In this document: piece after piece, positions 1 to 10,952 of the stretch
Layout: each line of letters begins with the position of its first letter
Position numbering within the stretch: position 1 is the first letter of the stretch
DNA from: Longimicrobiales bacterium
Lineage (GTDB): Bacteria; Gemmatimonadota; Gemmatimonadetes; Longimicrobiales; Gaopeijiaceae
Length of the DNA: 64,000 nucleotides
Direction of reading: 5' to 3'
Assembly: GCA_965219445.1 (NCBI GenBank)
Contig: CBDCNQ010000005.1
Location: 768,001-832,000, forward strand
Notes under the pieces: model-generated
What the model saw: the letters and a program-made list of their open reading frames with translations, nothing else
Told to the model about the DNA's origin: nothing
Database searches by the model: none
Position numbers and translations under genes: made by a program

Positions 1-2
1 GC

Positions 3-848
3 CGGCCGAAGCTTGGCGAATTTCACGAGGTCGCAGCGGCTGGCGAATCCCCCGAAGGCGTGGACCGCATCCTCAGGGACATCCGTGCACCGAAGACGCT
101 CAACGACCTCTCCCGTGGTCATCTCCAGGGCGTACACGCCGAACCGGCCCTCGACGTATGTCCGGATGATTTCAGAAGCCAGGATGTGGTACTCCTTGAT
201 CTCTCCGCGCTCCAGAAGGTCGGAGGCCTCGAGGCGATCGAGGGCTTCGTAAGCGTCCTCATGGGGAAAGCGAGGAATAACGACCGAGCGGCGTGGGCTG
301 GCCTCTGGACGCCTGCGTTTGACCCACAGCCAGTACGCGAGCCCAACGAGGAGCACCAGCAGAAGGATCCAAGGCAAAACGTAAATCACGTTCAACGGGA
401 GGCCGAGCGGCCCTCGGATGGCGCGAATGTCCCCTCCCTCGTCCAATCCCACACTCTGAACCGTGATCAAATAGCGGTCCGTCGAAAGCGTATTCGAGGG
501 CCCGTCTGGCGTCTCCACCCGGACGTCGAAACTCGGAATCTCGAGGTCTCCGAGCTCGAATGCCGCCAGGGTGAAACTCGCGCCCGTGATGGAACGCCCC
601 TCCTCACTGGCTGGCGGAAAGAGCTCTGCGCCAAGCACCTCGACGGCGCCCAGGGCGAGTGAATCCGGCCAGACCACGGTGCTGGCCGGATCGTGCTCCA
701 CCCGCACCGTGAGGACCATTCGGTCCCCGACCGAGACCAAGGCCGTGTCCAACTCGGTGAAGATCCGGGGCACCTGAGCTCGGAGCGGTACCGGGGCCAA
801 AGCGATCAAGAGTGCAATCAGGCACGTCGTGTCCACCCGCAGGCTCAT
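3..848 (-). CDS. BatD/DUF4381-like membrane-anchored protein of a MoxR-DUF58 (bat-type) operon; 3' end runs off the window
   Basis: Not in the ORF track; translated by hand. ATG at 848 overlaps the DUF58 stop (ATGA). MSLRVDTTCLIALLIALAPVPLRAQ signal, Ig-like segment, TM helix (VLPWILLLVLLVGLAYWLW), then YVEGRFGVYALEMTTGE and CDLVKFAK motifs. Open to the window edge. Confidence 0.75.
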   Translation of the reverse strand, partial: MSLRVDTTCLIALLIALAPVPLRAQVPRIFTELDTALVSVGDRMVLTVRVEHDPASTVVWPDSLALGAVEVLGAELFPPASEEGRSITGASFTLAAFELGDLEIPSFDVRVETPDGPSNTLSTDRYLITVQSVGLDEGGDIRAIRGPLGLPLNVIYVLPWILLLVLLVGLAYWLWVKRRRPEASPRRSVVIPRFPHEDAYEALDRLEASDLLERGEIKEYHILASEIIRTYVEGRFGVYALEMTTGEVVERLRCTDVPEDAVHAFGGFASRCDLVKFAKLRP

Positions 849-1723
849 CGGAAGCGCCCCTCCCGCTCCTTGAAGAAGAGCATCAGGGGCTGCACATACG
901 GCTGGTCCGTCTTGATGTCGATGACGTCCACTCGGCTGTGCTGAAAGATCTGTCCCATTTCAGCCTCCACCCGGGCTGTTCGCTCAGCGAACTCCGCCCG
1001 AAAGCGAGGATCGGCCGTATTCACCGTATGAAGCTCACCGGTCTCGGCGTCCTCGAATTCAACGTACCCAAGTGGGGGAAGTGAGGTCTCCCGGTCGTCT
1101 CCCATACGCACGGCGATCAGGTCGTGCCGCCTTCCTGCTACCGCGAGCGGCTTCTCGAAGCGGGGAGCCTTGAAGTCCGACACGAGGAACACAACCGCTC
1201 GACGCTTGATCACGTGGGTCAGATATTCGAGCGCACCCCGGACATCGGTCCCACGTCCCTCGGGCTTGTGGTAGAAGAGCTCCCTCAGCACGCGAAGCAC
1301 ATGAGGACGACCCTTTCTGGGGGGCACGAACTTCTCGATGCGGTCGCTGAAAATGATCAGGCCGACTTTGTCGTTGTTCTTGATGGCGGAGAATGCCAGC
1401 AAAGCGCAGATCTCCACCGCCACCTCACCCTTCATCCGCTCGCGCGTCCCGAAGTCGCCGGATGCGCTTACGTCCACGACCAACATGACCGTGAGCTCCC
1501 GCTCTTCTTCGAACACTTTCACGAAGGGATGCCCTGTGCGGGCCGTCACGTTCCAATCGATGCTGCGGATATCGTCGCCGTACTGATACTCCCGTACCTC
1601 GGCGAAATTCATCCCCCGTCCCTTGAAGACCGAGTGGTACTCACCCGAGAAAATCTCGTTCACGAGACCCCGGGTCCTGATCTCGACCCGACGAACCTTC
1701 TTGAGGATCTCCCGCGGGATCAT
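845..1723 (-). CDS. DUF58 family protein (vWA-like MoxR partner)
   Basis: GEYHSVFKGRGMNFAEVREYQYGDDIRSIDWNVTAR and VVDVSAS motifs; directly downstream of moxR. Confidence 0.95.
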   Translation of the reverse strand: MIPREILKKVRRVEIRTRGLVNEIFSGEYHSVFKGRGMNFAEVREYQYGDDIRSIDWNVTARTGHPFVKVFEEERELTVMLVVDVSASGDFGTRERMKGEVAVEICALLAFSAIKNNDKVGLIIFSDRIEKFVPPRKGRPHVLRVLRELFYHKPEGRGTDVRGALEYLTHVIKRRAVVFLVSDFKAPRFEKPLAVAGRRHDLIAVRMGDDRETSLPPLGYVEFEDAETGELHTVNTADPRFRAEFAERTARVEAEMGQIFQHSRVDVIDIKTDQPYVQPLMLFFKEREGRFR

Positions 1724-1777
1724 CGACCTATACTCCCCACCGACTCCGAGAAGGCTGCGGAAGAACTTCCATAACCT

Positions 1778-2821
<1,044 letters not shown>

Positions 2822-3061
2822 TGGGTTCTTTCCGTCTCCAACTGTCTCGAAGAACAATGCCACGAGACGATCGCGCCTCTGGTCGATTCGCCCGTGGATC
2901 CACCGGGGGAATATACCAAACGAAGCGCCCTCGGGGTTCCCCGATATCAGATTGAGGAAGTCACTAAAGACGTTGCCTCGAAGGCTCTTGACCGTACTTC
3001 CTCAACAGCCTGCCCGCTCCAACTTCGAGGAGATTGAGGGGTCCTCGAACGGGGTGGGGTC

Positions 3062-4216
3062 TCAACCAGGCAGCCGACCCCGCAACTCGGTGAAGGACGC
3101 GTCACCCAGATCGTTTTCGCCCAGGAGCCGTCTCATCGCTCGCGCCTGCACCTCATCGGAGAAGGCACCCGCGTATACGCGGAGCGCTCCGGCCTGGGAC
3201 GGGTAGGTGACCCGAAGCACAAAGGCCGGTATAGAAAGCTCCGCGAGCGCCTGTACGCGGCCATTCGCCTCTCCCAGGGTCTCGTATTCACCTAGAAGGA
3301 AGGAGTACGGGGCCTCCTGGACGGCCCAGCTCTCGGGATCGGGGTTCAGAAGATCAAAGGCTATGCCGAGGGGAGCCCTGAGCTCCTCCGCCTCGGCCGC
3401 GCTGTATGCGGGACCCACCAGCAGTACGTATTGGCGATCGCCGTCGATCGAGAGCGGGGTGACAAAACCGAGAAGCTCTGGCATCCGCTCGCGGAGCGCA
3501 TCTGCCCATGCCCGCGGGGTCTCGGCTTCGCGCCATGTATCGACAAGAATCACGTGGCTCATCACTGGCGTCTCCGGTTGCGGGCCGGATGGTGCCGCCG
3601 GAGCGCGGACGGCGAAGCGGGACCACTCCGAAAGCGTGATCCCAGGGATCTCAACGACACCCCAGTAGAAAGCCGCGAATCCCCCGCCACCGACAACGAG
3701 GACAGCCGAGACAGTCATGAGCCGTCGCGCCCGCTTGCTCCGCTTTCGCCGCCGCTCCAGTGCCTCAAGACCACGGTGTCTCGCCTTCGGCCTTGCGTCG
3801 TCGTCGGTGGGCGTCGGCAGTAAGAGGGAGGCCTCATCATGATCTGCGATTCTCAGATCGACGTGACTGGAGACGGCGCGATCCGAGACGGTGCGATGGA
3901 CATCCAATGATCCGCCGAAATCCCGGTCCACCACAAGATCTTCCATCTCGAGGTGTTGGTCACCTCCATCCGGCACGTCCTCGAGGTCGAACCCGGCACC
4001 GGTCTCGAACCCCTCCATGTCGAACGAGGTCTTAGCCGCCTCCTTCGTCGCATCTTCATCCGCGTCGACGGCCGCCCCCATGTCTACTACGAGAGCGTCG
4101 GCCTCGTCTACACCGTGCCCTTTACCCTCATCGCCGACGGTCGGCTCGGATTCTTCGGGTCCGAAGCCAAGTGAATCTCCGGCTCCGGGCAGTCCGGATT
4201 CTTCGTCGTCAATCAC
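3062..4216 (-). CDS. Bitopic membrane protein: acidic N-terminal region, TM helix, C-terminal SPOR-like domains
   Basis: AGGAG before GTG start; D/E-rich N-terminus, basic stretch then TM (MTVSAVLVVGGGGFAAFYW); YVLLVGPAYS and LRVYAGAFS resemble SPOR repeats. Confidence 0.6.
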   Translation of the reverse strand: MIDDEESGLPGAGDSLGFGPEESEPTVGDEGKGHGVDEADALVVDMGAAVDADEDATKEAAKTSFDMEGFETGAGFDLEDVPDGGDQHLEMEDLVVDRDFGGSLDVHRTVSDRAVSSHVDLRIADHDEASLLLPTPTDDDARPKARHRGLEALERRRKRSKRARRLMTVSAVLVVGGGGFAAFYWGVVEIPGITLSEWSRFAVRAPAAPSGPQPETPVMSHVILVDTWREAETPRAWADALRERMPELLGFVTPLSIDGDRQYVLLVGPAYSAAEAEELRAPLGIAFDLLNPDPESWAVQEAPYSFLLGEYETLGEANGRVQALAELSIPAFVLRVTYPSQAGALRVYAGAFSDEVQARAMRRLLGENDLGDASFTELRGRLPG

Positions 4217-4360
4217 CGACGCGCTCCTCTCATCCTATCGCTGGTCGAATCTTCGGCTCGCCTATAAATCAAGTGCCAGCTTGCAGAAGATTGCAAGGAG
4301 TTTGAGCAGCGATCCCCGGCGGGCCGCGATCGCCAGCGCCACCGCAAGTCGTCAGGACTT

Positions 4361-5380
4361 CTACCGCGCCATGTGCTTCCGAAGTGCACGGGGACCGACC
4401 TCCGCACCGTAGACATTTCCCTCGTTGTCCACCGCGACGCCCTCGGCGGCGCTCGTTCCGCCCGGGTTGGTCTCGGGATCGGGGATGAAGGCGATGACGT
4501 AGCCGCTGTCGAGGTCCATCACGCGGATTCCGCGCCTGAATCCCGGGTTGCGTTGGTAGGTGGATTCCGAGTCCGCCACGTAGAGCTTGTTGTTGCGGAT
4601 CGCGATTCCGCTGGCCCTTCCCATGTTATAGAAGTCGCGAACGAAGGTGCCATCCTGCTCGAACACCTGGATCCGCCGGTTGCTGCGGTCTCCCACGTAG
4701 AGGAGGCCGTCGTCATCCATCGCGAGGGCGTGGGGCGTCCTGAACTCCCCAGGGTTGGAGCCCTCCTTGCCCCACTCCATGAGATACCTGCCATCGCTCG
4801 AGTACTTGACAATGCGATTGTTTCCTCCAGCGGCCGAATGCCCGTCGGCCACGAAGATGTCTCCGTTGGGCGTCACCAACACGTCGTTGGGCTCATTGAG
4901 CGTGGTCCGCGTCCTCCCCCCCACCCCCGCCGTGCCCAGGCGTAGCAAGACCACTCCCTCGGGGCTGAACTTGATCACCTGATTGCCCCGCATGAGGTCC
5001 TCGTTCCCCCGGGCATCCGCGATCCAGATGTTGCCGTCGTCATCCACATCGATCCCGTGAGGCCAGACGAACATCCCGGCTCCGAACTGCTTGAGGATGT
5101 TACCCATCTTGTCGAACTGGAAGACGACGTCCAGGTCGTCGTGACCCACACAGTTGTTCTCTCCGCAGCGATCGACGGCCCAGATCGTTTCGCCGTCCGG
5201 GGAGACCTCCACCAGGCTGGTCGAACCCCAATCCCGTCCGTCGGGCAGCGGCGCCCACACCCCGGGCACCGTGCGGTATGGGTTGGGCTCACTATTCTGC
5301 GCTTGCATCGGTGCCGCCGTTGCACCCACACCCGCTCCGACCATAACGAACATCAAACCCACTCGACTCGCATACGACAT
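4361..5380 (-). CDS. Secreted NHL-repeat beta-propeller (peptidyl-alpha-hydroxyglycine lyase-like)
   Basis: GAGGGAG RBS before ATG 5380; signal peptide; NHL repeats FVWPHGIDVD, LNEPNDV, FRTPHALA, YVGDRSNRRIQVF. Confidence 0.85.
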   Translation of the reverse strand: MSYASRVGLMFVMVGAGVGATAAPMQAQNSEPNPYRTVPGVWAPLPDGRDWGSTSLVEVSPDGETIWAVDRCGENNCVGHDDLDVVFQFDKMGNILKQFGAGMFVWPHGIDVDDDGNIWIADARGNEDLMRGNQVIKFSPEGVVLLRLGTAGVGGRTRTTLNEPNDVLVTPNGDIFVADGHSAAGGNNRIVKYSSDGRYLMEWGKEGSNPGEFRTPHALAMDDDGLLYVGDRSNRRIQVFEQDGTFVRDFYNMGRASGIAIRNNKLYVADSESTYQRNPGFRRGIRVMDLDSGYVIAFIPDPETNPGGTSAAEGVAVDNEGNVYGAEVGPRALRKHMAR

Positions 5381-5600
5381 AGAAATATCTCCCTCAACAG
5401 ATGGAAGTGGAGCGGCGCCGGCCAGCGCCGCCACTGGCGGTTCCAAAGGGGCTCGTGAGCCCTGCCGACTGGGACCATAGGGTAGAGATATTGAACGGGC
5501 AAGTGTCCTTCCTTGCTCCTCAACTGTCGCACTATCATACTGCCTCAGGTCATCGACCATGACTCCTAACTGCATGAGCGAGGCGGGCCCAGGTAGGCGG

Positions 5601-5960
5601 ATGAAACGGCGTGACTTTCTCCGGTTCAGGACCGAGCGGGACACCCGTACGGTCGAAATCTCCTGCCAGCGGCTTTACATGGATTACCTCGAGAGGCGCG
5701 CGACGGGCGGCCCGCCGGACACAGGCGGCCAATCGGACGGAAATTTCGATCCGGCGGAGGAGGGCGAGCCACCAACGGCTTTCGATGAGCGGACGACCGA
5801 AGAGCTCTTCGCGAATCTGGAACGCGACCTGGACGGTGCCGATGTCTTACGCGTGACCGGGCACCGCTGGCTGTCGGAGGGGGACGGCGAACTGCTGAGG
5901 GAGTTCGAAAGACTAGTGTCGTCGTTTAGAGCCCGCGGCGGGCGCGTGGAGTTCGGCTGA
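5601..5960 (+). CDS. Hypothetical protein (119 aa)
   Basis: MKRRDFLRFRT... ORF with gene-like composition that ends 5 nt before the K+ channel gene; start uncertain. Confidence 0.55.
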   Translation: MKRRDFLRFRTERDTRTVEISCQRLYMDYLERRATGGPPDTGGQSDGNFDPAEEGEPPTAFDERTTEELFANLERDLDGADVLRVTGHRWLSEGDGELLREFERLVSSFRARGGRVEFG

Positions 5961-5965
5961 GAACC

Positions 5966-6865
5966 GTGCGGGCAGCGGGCGACCTCCGGCCCTCCATCGA
6001 GGCCTCACCGCGCAGGCATCGTACTTTCGCGGTCATCTTCGGTCACGATACCCCAGCCGGCCGGCTTTTCGACGTCCTCTTAATCCTCGCCATCCTCACC
6101 AGCGTGCTCGTGATCATGCTGGAGAGCGTCACCTCGTTTCGTGCGGAGTACGGTCGCCTGCTCCGAGGAGCGGAGTGGTTCTTCACGCTGCTCTTCACCG
6201 TCGAGTATGTAACCCGCCTCTGGTGCGTCGGGCGCCCCCTCACGTACGCGAAAAGCTTCTTGGGCGTCATCGACCTGCTAGCCGTACTTCCGACTTACGT
6301 CTCAGTGCTCGTCCCCGGAGGGCAGGTCATTACGGTCGTGAGAATCCTGCGGGTGCTCAGGGTCTTCCGCATACTGAAGCTGGCGCACTACGTCGGGGAG
6401 GCCCACGTCTTGGCTCGGGCGATGAGGGCCAGCCGCCGCAAGATCACCATCTTCGTTCTCACGATCGTGACGATCACGGTCATCGTCGGCTCGCTCATGT
6501 ACCTGATCGAGGGGCCCGACCGTGGCTTCACGAGCATTCCCCGTGGGGTCTACTGGGCAATCGTCACACTCACGACCGTAGGCTTCGGCGACATCACGCC
6601 TCAGACACCATTCGGCCAAATCCTTGCTAGTCTCGTGATGATCATGGGGTACCGCGTCATCGCCGTCCCGACTGGGATCGTGACAGCCGAGATCGTACAC
6701 TCCTCGCGCTCGCAGGATGGCCCAGAATGCACCGGGTGTGGCCAGCGCATCCACGACATCGACGCGAGACACTGCAAATGGTGTGGGACGAGCCTGCGGC
6801 AGGCTTATCAGACAGAAAGTCCAACCGTGGTTCACGCCGATGATCCTGATTCCGACGGTCCGTGA
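5966..6865 (+). CDS. Voltage-gated potassium channel (ion transporter) with C-terminal zinc ribbon
   Basis: S4 helix VRILRVLRVFRILKL, filter TTVGFGD, C-terminal CTGC...CKWC. Confidence 0.92.
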   Translation: MRAAGDLRPSIEASPRRHRTFAVIFGHDTPAGRLFDVLLILAILTSVLVIMLESVTSFRAEYGRLLRGAEWFFTLLFTVEYVTRLWCVGRPLTYAKSFLGVIDLLAVLPTYVSVLVPGGQVITVVRILRVLRVFRILKLAHYVGEAHVLARAMRASRRKITIFVLTIVTITVIVGSLMYLIEGPDRGFTSIPRGVYWAIVTLTTVGFGDITPQTPFGQILASLVMIMGYRVIAVPTGIVTAEIVHSSRSQDGPECTGCGQRIHDIDARHCKWCGTSLRQAYQTESPTVVHADDPDSDGP

Positions 6866-6909
6866 TTGCGTGATTTCAATTGTTCTCGATCAGTAGCGGT
6901 CGCACCTGC

Positions 6910-7512
6910 TTATTCGGGCAGCTCCAGCAGCTGTCCCTCGGGCCCCGCGTTCAGCACCAGGGCCCGTCCCACTGTGGAGCGCTGCCCCCAGCATCCGTGA
7001 ATGTGTCCGCACACGACCAAACGTGGAGACGCCCGCTCGATCGCGTCGAGTACGGCCTGGCTTCCGAGGTGCCGGCCACCGGCCTCATCCACATGCCCAT
7101 GAGGAGGGGAGTGGCTGACGAGCACACCCTCGTCGGGGCATCCGGCCAGCATGGCATCCGCTTCGTCCTCCGTTAGATCGAAGCTCCAATCACCGAAGGG
7201 CGTCACGGGAATGCCCCCTCCGATCCCGTAGAACGGGATCCCCTCCAATGTGGCGACCTCACCGTGGAGGACATGAGCGGAGGCCCACCCCGCACAGGCC
7301 TCCTGTAACTCGACGTCGGACTCACCGTTGCCAGGGACAAGAACGGTGGGCTTGTCGACTTCGCGGAGAATCTCGATCACGTCGTCGATGCCGTGCCGCA
7401 TGACGGCGAAATCCCCGGCGCCCACGAGGACGTCCGCCTCGCCGGAGCGCTCCACCAGGGATCGGGCCGCGTCTCGATCTCGGTGCAGATCACTCAAGAC
7501 GAGGAGTTTCAT
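6910..7512 (-). CDS. Calcineurin-like metallophosphoesterase (Icc-related)
   Basis: SDLH, AGDF, PGN, SHSPP and CGHIH motifs; start placed at MKLLVLSDLH. Confidence 0.9.
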   Translation of the reverse strand: MKLLVLSDLHRDRDAARSLVERSGEADVLVGAGDFAVMRHGIDDVIEILREVDKPTVLVPGNGESDVELQEACAGWASAHVLHGEVATLEGIPFYGIGGGIPVTPFGDWSFDLTEDEADAMLAGCPDEGVLVSHSPPHGHVDEAGGRHLGSQAVLDAIERASPRLVVCGHIHGCWGQRSTVGRALVLNAGPEGQLLELPE

Positions 7513-7632
7513 GGATGAGTACTCCTTATCGGTCCGTCGTCGCGTACCGAGCGGCGAGCGGGCGTTGCTGCCGGCCCGGCCGTCCGTTGGAATGGTCGGA
7601 CAAGGTAGCAAGACCCGTGCCGTGCGGAGCCC

Positions 7633-8520
7633 TCAACCTACTGGGGGCGTATCCGCTTCGACGTAATCCGAACCCGTGGCTCGGGACCCATAGACCTCCG
7701 GGACCCACCGCCAACCGTCGGTCGGGGGAAGCCGATAGTCGGGGTCCATCTGGAGATCCGGCAACTCCACCGGCTCATCCGGGACTTCCTGCCACGGAAT
7801 CGTCTGTAAGAGGTGGTGGATACAATTCAAGCGGGCGTGACGCTTGATGTCCGCTCCGACTACGTACCAAGGGGCGTCATCGGTATCGGTATTTTCGAGC
7901 ATCTCGTCCCTCGCACGGGAGTAATCGATCCAATGGGCGCGGGAGGCGATGTCGATCGGTCCAATTTTCCAACGCTTCCTCGGATCGTCCAGCCGATCCC
8001 TGAATCGCTGCTCCTGCTCCTCCGGGCTGATCGCGAACCAGTACTTGATCAGGGTGATCCCCGACTGGACCAGCATGCTCTCGAACCCCGGACACGACCG
8101 CAGAAAGTCCCGGCACTCGGCCTCGGTACAGAATCCCATGACTCTCTCTACGCCCGCCCGGTTATACCAACTGCGATCGAATAGGACCATCTCTCCCGCC
8201 GCGGGAAGGTGAGTGACGTAGCGCTGGAAGTACCACTGGCTTCGCTCCCGCTCGGTCGGGATCCCGAGGGCTACGACGCGGGCTATACGATGATTGAGTC
8301 TCTGCGTGATCCGCTTGATGACGCCGCCCTTCCCCGCGGCGTCACGGCCCTCGAAGATGACGGCCACCCTGAGGCCCTCTCGCTTGATCCACTGCTGTAG
8401 ATCGACCAGGTCTTCCTGGAGCCTGAGGAGCTCTCGGTCATAGGACTTTCCGGTGATGCGTCCGTCCGGCCGATATTCTAGCGGCTCTTCGACCCTGCTC
8501 TCTCGCGATCCTTGGGCCAT
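7633..8520 (-). CDS. ppk2: Polyphosphate kinase 2
   Basis: FEGRDAAGKGG Walker A, QWYFQRY, FDRSWYNRAGVERVMGF. Confidence 0.95.
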   Translation of the reverse strand: MAQGSRESRVEEPLEYRPDGRITGKSYDRELLRLQEDLVDLQQWIKREGLRVAVIFEGRDAAGKGGVIKRITQRLNHRIARVVALGIPTERERSQWYFQRYVTHLPAAGEMVLFDRSWYNRAGVERVMGFCTEAECRDFLRSCPGFESMLVQSGITLIKYWFAISPEEQEQRFRDRLDDPRKRWKIGPIDIASRAHWIDYSRARDEMLENTDTDDAPWYVVGADIKRHARLNCIHHLLQTIPWQEVPDEPVELPDLQMDPDYRLPPTDGWRWVPEVYGSRATGSDYVEADTPPVG

Positions 8521-8613
8521 CCGGCAGTCTCGCCCCTCTCGTCGTGACCGGTTTCGATGCAGAACGGTAACCCCCGGCGCTGTACACGGGCTAACCATCG
8601 GCTGCCCGGGCCG

Positions 8614-9411
8614 TTACCCCTCCGTGAAATCCAGAACGATCTCTGCCGCTCCGCCCGGACCCAAGCTCACCCACCGCTGCCGCACACCGAGGGACGGATG
8701 CCATGCGGTGATGGAATACGCCCCGGGCGGGATGTCATCGATGACGAAGGTCCCGTCCTCTCGCGTGACCGCCCAATAAGGACTGTCAGCCGCGTAAATC
8801 CAACTCTGCATGAAGTCGTGAGCATCACATTCCAGCCGCACCACATTGCCGAGCCTCGGTCGAAGGTGCTGGACAATGACTTCCTCGGACGGAGGCTGGC
8901 CCAGGTTGAACAAGGATCTCCCCGACCCGTCTACGAGCTCGTAGGCGTGAACGTTGTGCAAGACTGGGTCGCTGTTGAGGATGTCCACGTCCGACGCCTT
9001 GGGAACCACCAGGAGATGCGGCAGGAAAACGCAGTCCCTTTGATCGAGGACGTGTCGGGTCCGCGACTCTGGCCACGCCTTCCCCTCTTGGACGCCCTCC
9101 ACCGCGACCACGACGCCGGCAAGCCCCTGGTTTTCTCCAACCACCACCTCGGTGCGCTCCAGGTACCCGAATCCGCAAACCTCCTCGTCCTTTGTTACGA
9201 GGAGTCGCCGCGGCACCGGAACTTCCCCGCGGAAAACGGCCGTCCCCACCAGCTCAGCACCGTCGGCTACAGCGACCTCCGTGTAGAAGCCCTGACTCAC
9301 TCCGGGTGTAACGCCTCCGATCCACGGAAGTGCCACGAGCAGCAGAGCGCAGGTCCCGCAGCGAACACCGAAGCCGCTACGGCGGTATGATGGGTGGTCA
9401 ACGAAGGCCAT
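8614..9411 (-). CDS. Exported cupredoxin-like / carboxypeptidase-regulatory-like domain protein
   Basis: LDQRDCVFLPH, NSDPVLHNVH, CDAHDFM (H...C-x-x-H-x-x-M pattern), then FVIDDIPPGAYSITAWH. Start uncertain. Confidence 0.7.
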   Translation of the reverse strand: MAFVDHPSYRRSGFGVRCGTCALLLVALPWIGGVTPGVSQGFYTEVAVADGAELVGTAVFRGEVPVPRRLLVTKDEEVCGFGYLERTEVVVGENQGLAGVVVAVEGVQEGKAWPESRTRHVLDQRDCVFLPHLLVVPKASDVDILNSDPVLHNVHAYELVDGSGRSLFNLGQPPSEEVIVQHLRPRLGNVVRLECDAHDFMQSWIYAADSPYWAVTREDGTFVIDDIPPGAYSITAWHPSLGVRQRWVSLGPGGAAEIVLDFTEG

Positions 9412-9419
9412 AGGCTAAT

Positions 9420-10940
9420 TTGACACTTCTGGTCGGAAAGGAGATCCATTTGGGGTGCGGAGAGCCCACCTCGGGCGTTGTGATCGGTTTAGCGTTCCTG
9501 AGTTCGGCGCTGGCATTCGGAGGACGTGAGGTCCCCGGGACCGCCGGGTCCACCACATCCGCTGCATTGGCCGCGTCTCGTCTGCCATGGATCAGCCACG
9601 ACGCCCAGGCGGTGCCTTATGGCGAGGTCCAGCGTCTTCTGGCCGAGAAGTGTACATCCTGCCACACTGGCATCGACGCGGCACAAGGTCTGCGCCTGGA
9701 TTCCTGGGAGGCACTCTTCGCGGGCTCTGACCACGGCGAGGCGGTCATCCCCTTCGACGCCGCTCGCTCTCTGTTGGTCGAGTTGACGACCAAGCTCGTG
9801 GGCGGTCCGCATCCTGCCGAGGTGGGTGGGGAGACCCTGAACGACACCGAAGTGGCGCTCCTGAGCGAGTGGATCAACGAAGGTGCGCCGTCGGAAGCCG
9901 GGGAGATCCCGTTCGCCGACGCGCGACACCTCCTCTACGCCGCCAATCAGAGTGTAGCTGTGGTGTCCGTGATCGACATGGAGACGAACCAGGTGGTCCG
10001 CACGGTGGATCTTCAGCCGCTGGGATTCCCCGAGAACGCGTGGCCCCACCACTTCGCGGTCGAACCGGATGGCTCTCACTGGTACGTTTCGCTCATCGCC
10101 AGTAACCAGATCCTCAAATTCGACCGAAACAACGAGTTGGTGCAGCGGATCGACTTCGTCCGGCCGGGCCTTCTGGCGCTCGATCCCGACGGCGAAAACC
10201 TCTACGCAGCCCGCTCGATGGCTGCCGTGTCACCGCCGCAGGACATCGGCGTGATTCGCCGATCGGACATGACGTTCGAAGAGGTGGGCATCTTCCTCCC
10301 GAGGCCCCATGCCTTGGCCGTTCGACCAGGTGAGGGCACGGTCTATACAGCCAGCCTGGCGGTCAATCAGATCGCTACGCTTTACCCCGAGGATGAAGCG
10401 GTCGAACTCTATGAGCTGGAGGGCGACCGCCCTCACACATTCATCGGGTTCGCAGTGTCGCCGGACGGACGATGGATGGTGGGAACGACCGAGCTCACGG
10501 CCACGGTGTTCGTGTTCGATCTCGATAAGGAGCCCGACATGAGCCCGGTGGATACGATCGCCGTGAACGCAGCTCCGTGGCATCCGGTCTTCACACCGGA
10601 CGGACGCTGGGTCTACGTGGGCAACAACTGGGACAACACGGTCAACGTAATCAACATGAATACGAGAACCCTCGCCAAGGTCATCGAGGGGAACGGGCTC
10701 GCACAGCCCCACGGAGCCGCCGTATCACCGGATGGACGCTTTGCCTACGTCGCCAGCCGGAATCTCGAGATGCCCGAGGGCCACAGTAAGTATGGCCACA
10801 TGTACACGCCCCGCTACGACCTGGCGGATAACGCGCGCGCGGGCACGGTGGTGGTCATCGACACAGAGAGTCAGGAGATCGTGAAGGTCATCGAGATCGA
10901 GGGGTATGGGGCGGGGCTGGGGGTGGCGGCGGCGAACTGA
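9420..10940 (+). CDS. Exported protein: N-terminal monoheme cytochrome c domain plus YVTN/YncE-type beta-propeller
   Basis: CTSCH followed by GLRLDSWE..GSDHGEAVIP..SLL..WINEGA (planctomycete-type cytochrome c domain); propeller repeats (YAANQ, WVYVGN, FAYVAS). True start may be GTG 9480. Confidence 0.75.
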   Translation: MTLLVGKEIHLGCGEPTSGVVIGLAFLSSALAFGGREVPGTAGSTTSAALAASRLPWISHDAQAVPYGEVQRLLAEKCTSCHTGIDAAQGLRLDSWEALFAGSDHGEAVIPFDAARSLLVELTTKLVGGPHPAEVGGETLNDTEVALLSEWINEGAPSEAGEIPFADARHLLYAANQSVAVVSVIDMETNQVVRTVDLQPLGFPENAWPHHFAVEPDGSHWYVSLIASNQILKFDRNNELVQRIDFVRPGLLALDPDGENLYAARSMAAVSPPQDIGVIRRSDMTFEEVGIFLPRPHALAVRPGEGTVYTASLAVNQIATLYPEDEAVELYELEGDRPHTFIGFAVSPDGRWMVGTTELTATVFVFDLDKEPDMSPVDTIAVNAAPWHPVFTPDGRWVYVGNNWDNTVNVINMNTRTLAKVIEGNGLAQPHGAAVSPDGRFAYVASRNLEMPEGHSKYGHMYTPRYDLADNARAGTVVVIDTESQEIVKVIEIEGYGAGLGVAAAN

Positions 10941-10952
10941 GCCGCCCTCGAG

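Noticed and set aside
60..662. 200-aa plus-strand ORF
   Set aside because: Antisense to the minus-strand bat-type gene (3-848), which has an operonic ATGA overlap and recognisable motifs.
5601..5640. Tat signal in MKRRDFLRFR
   Set aside because: No hydrophobic h-region follows the RRxFL motif.
9420..10940. Nitrite reductase NirS
   Set aside because: The cytochrome domain is of a different type, I see no NirS signature, and no heme d1 biosynthesis genes are nearby.
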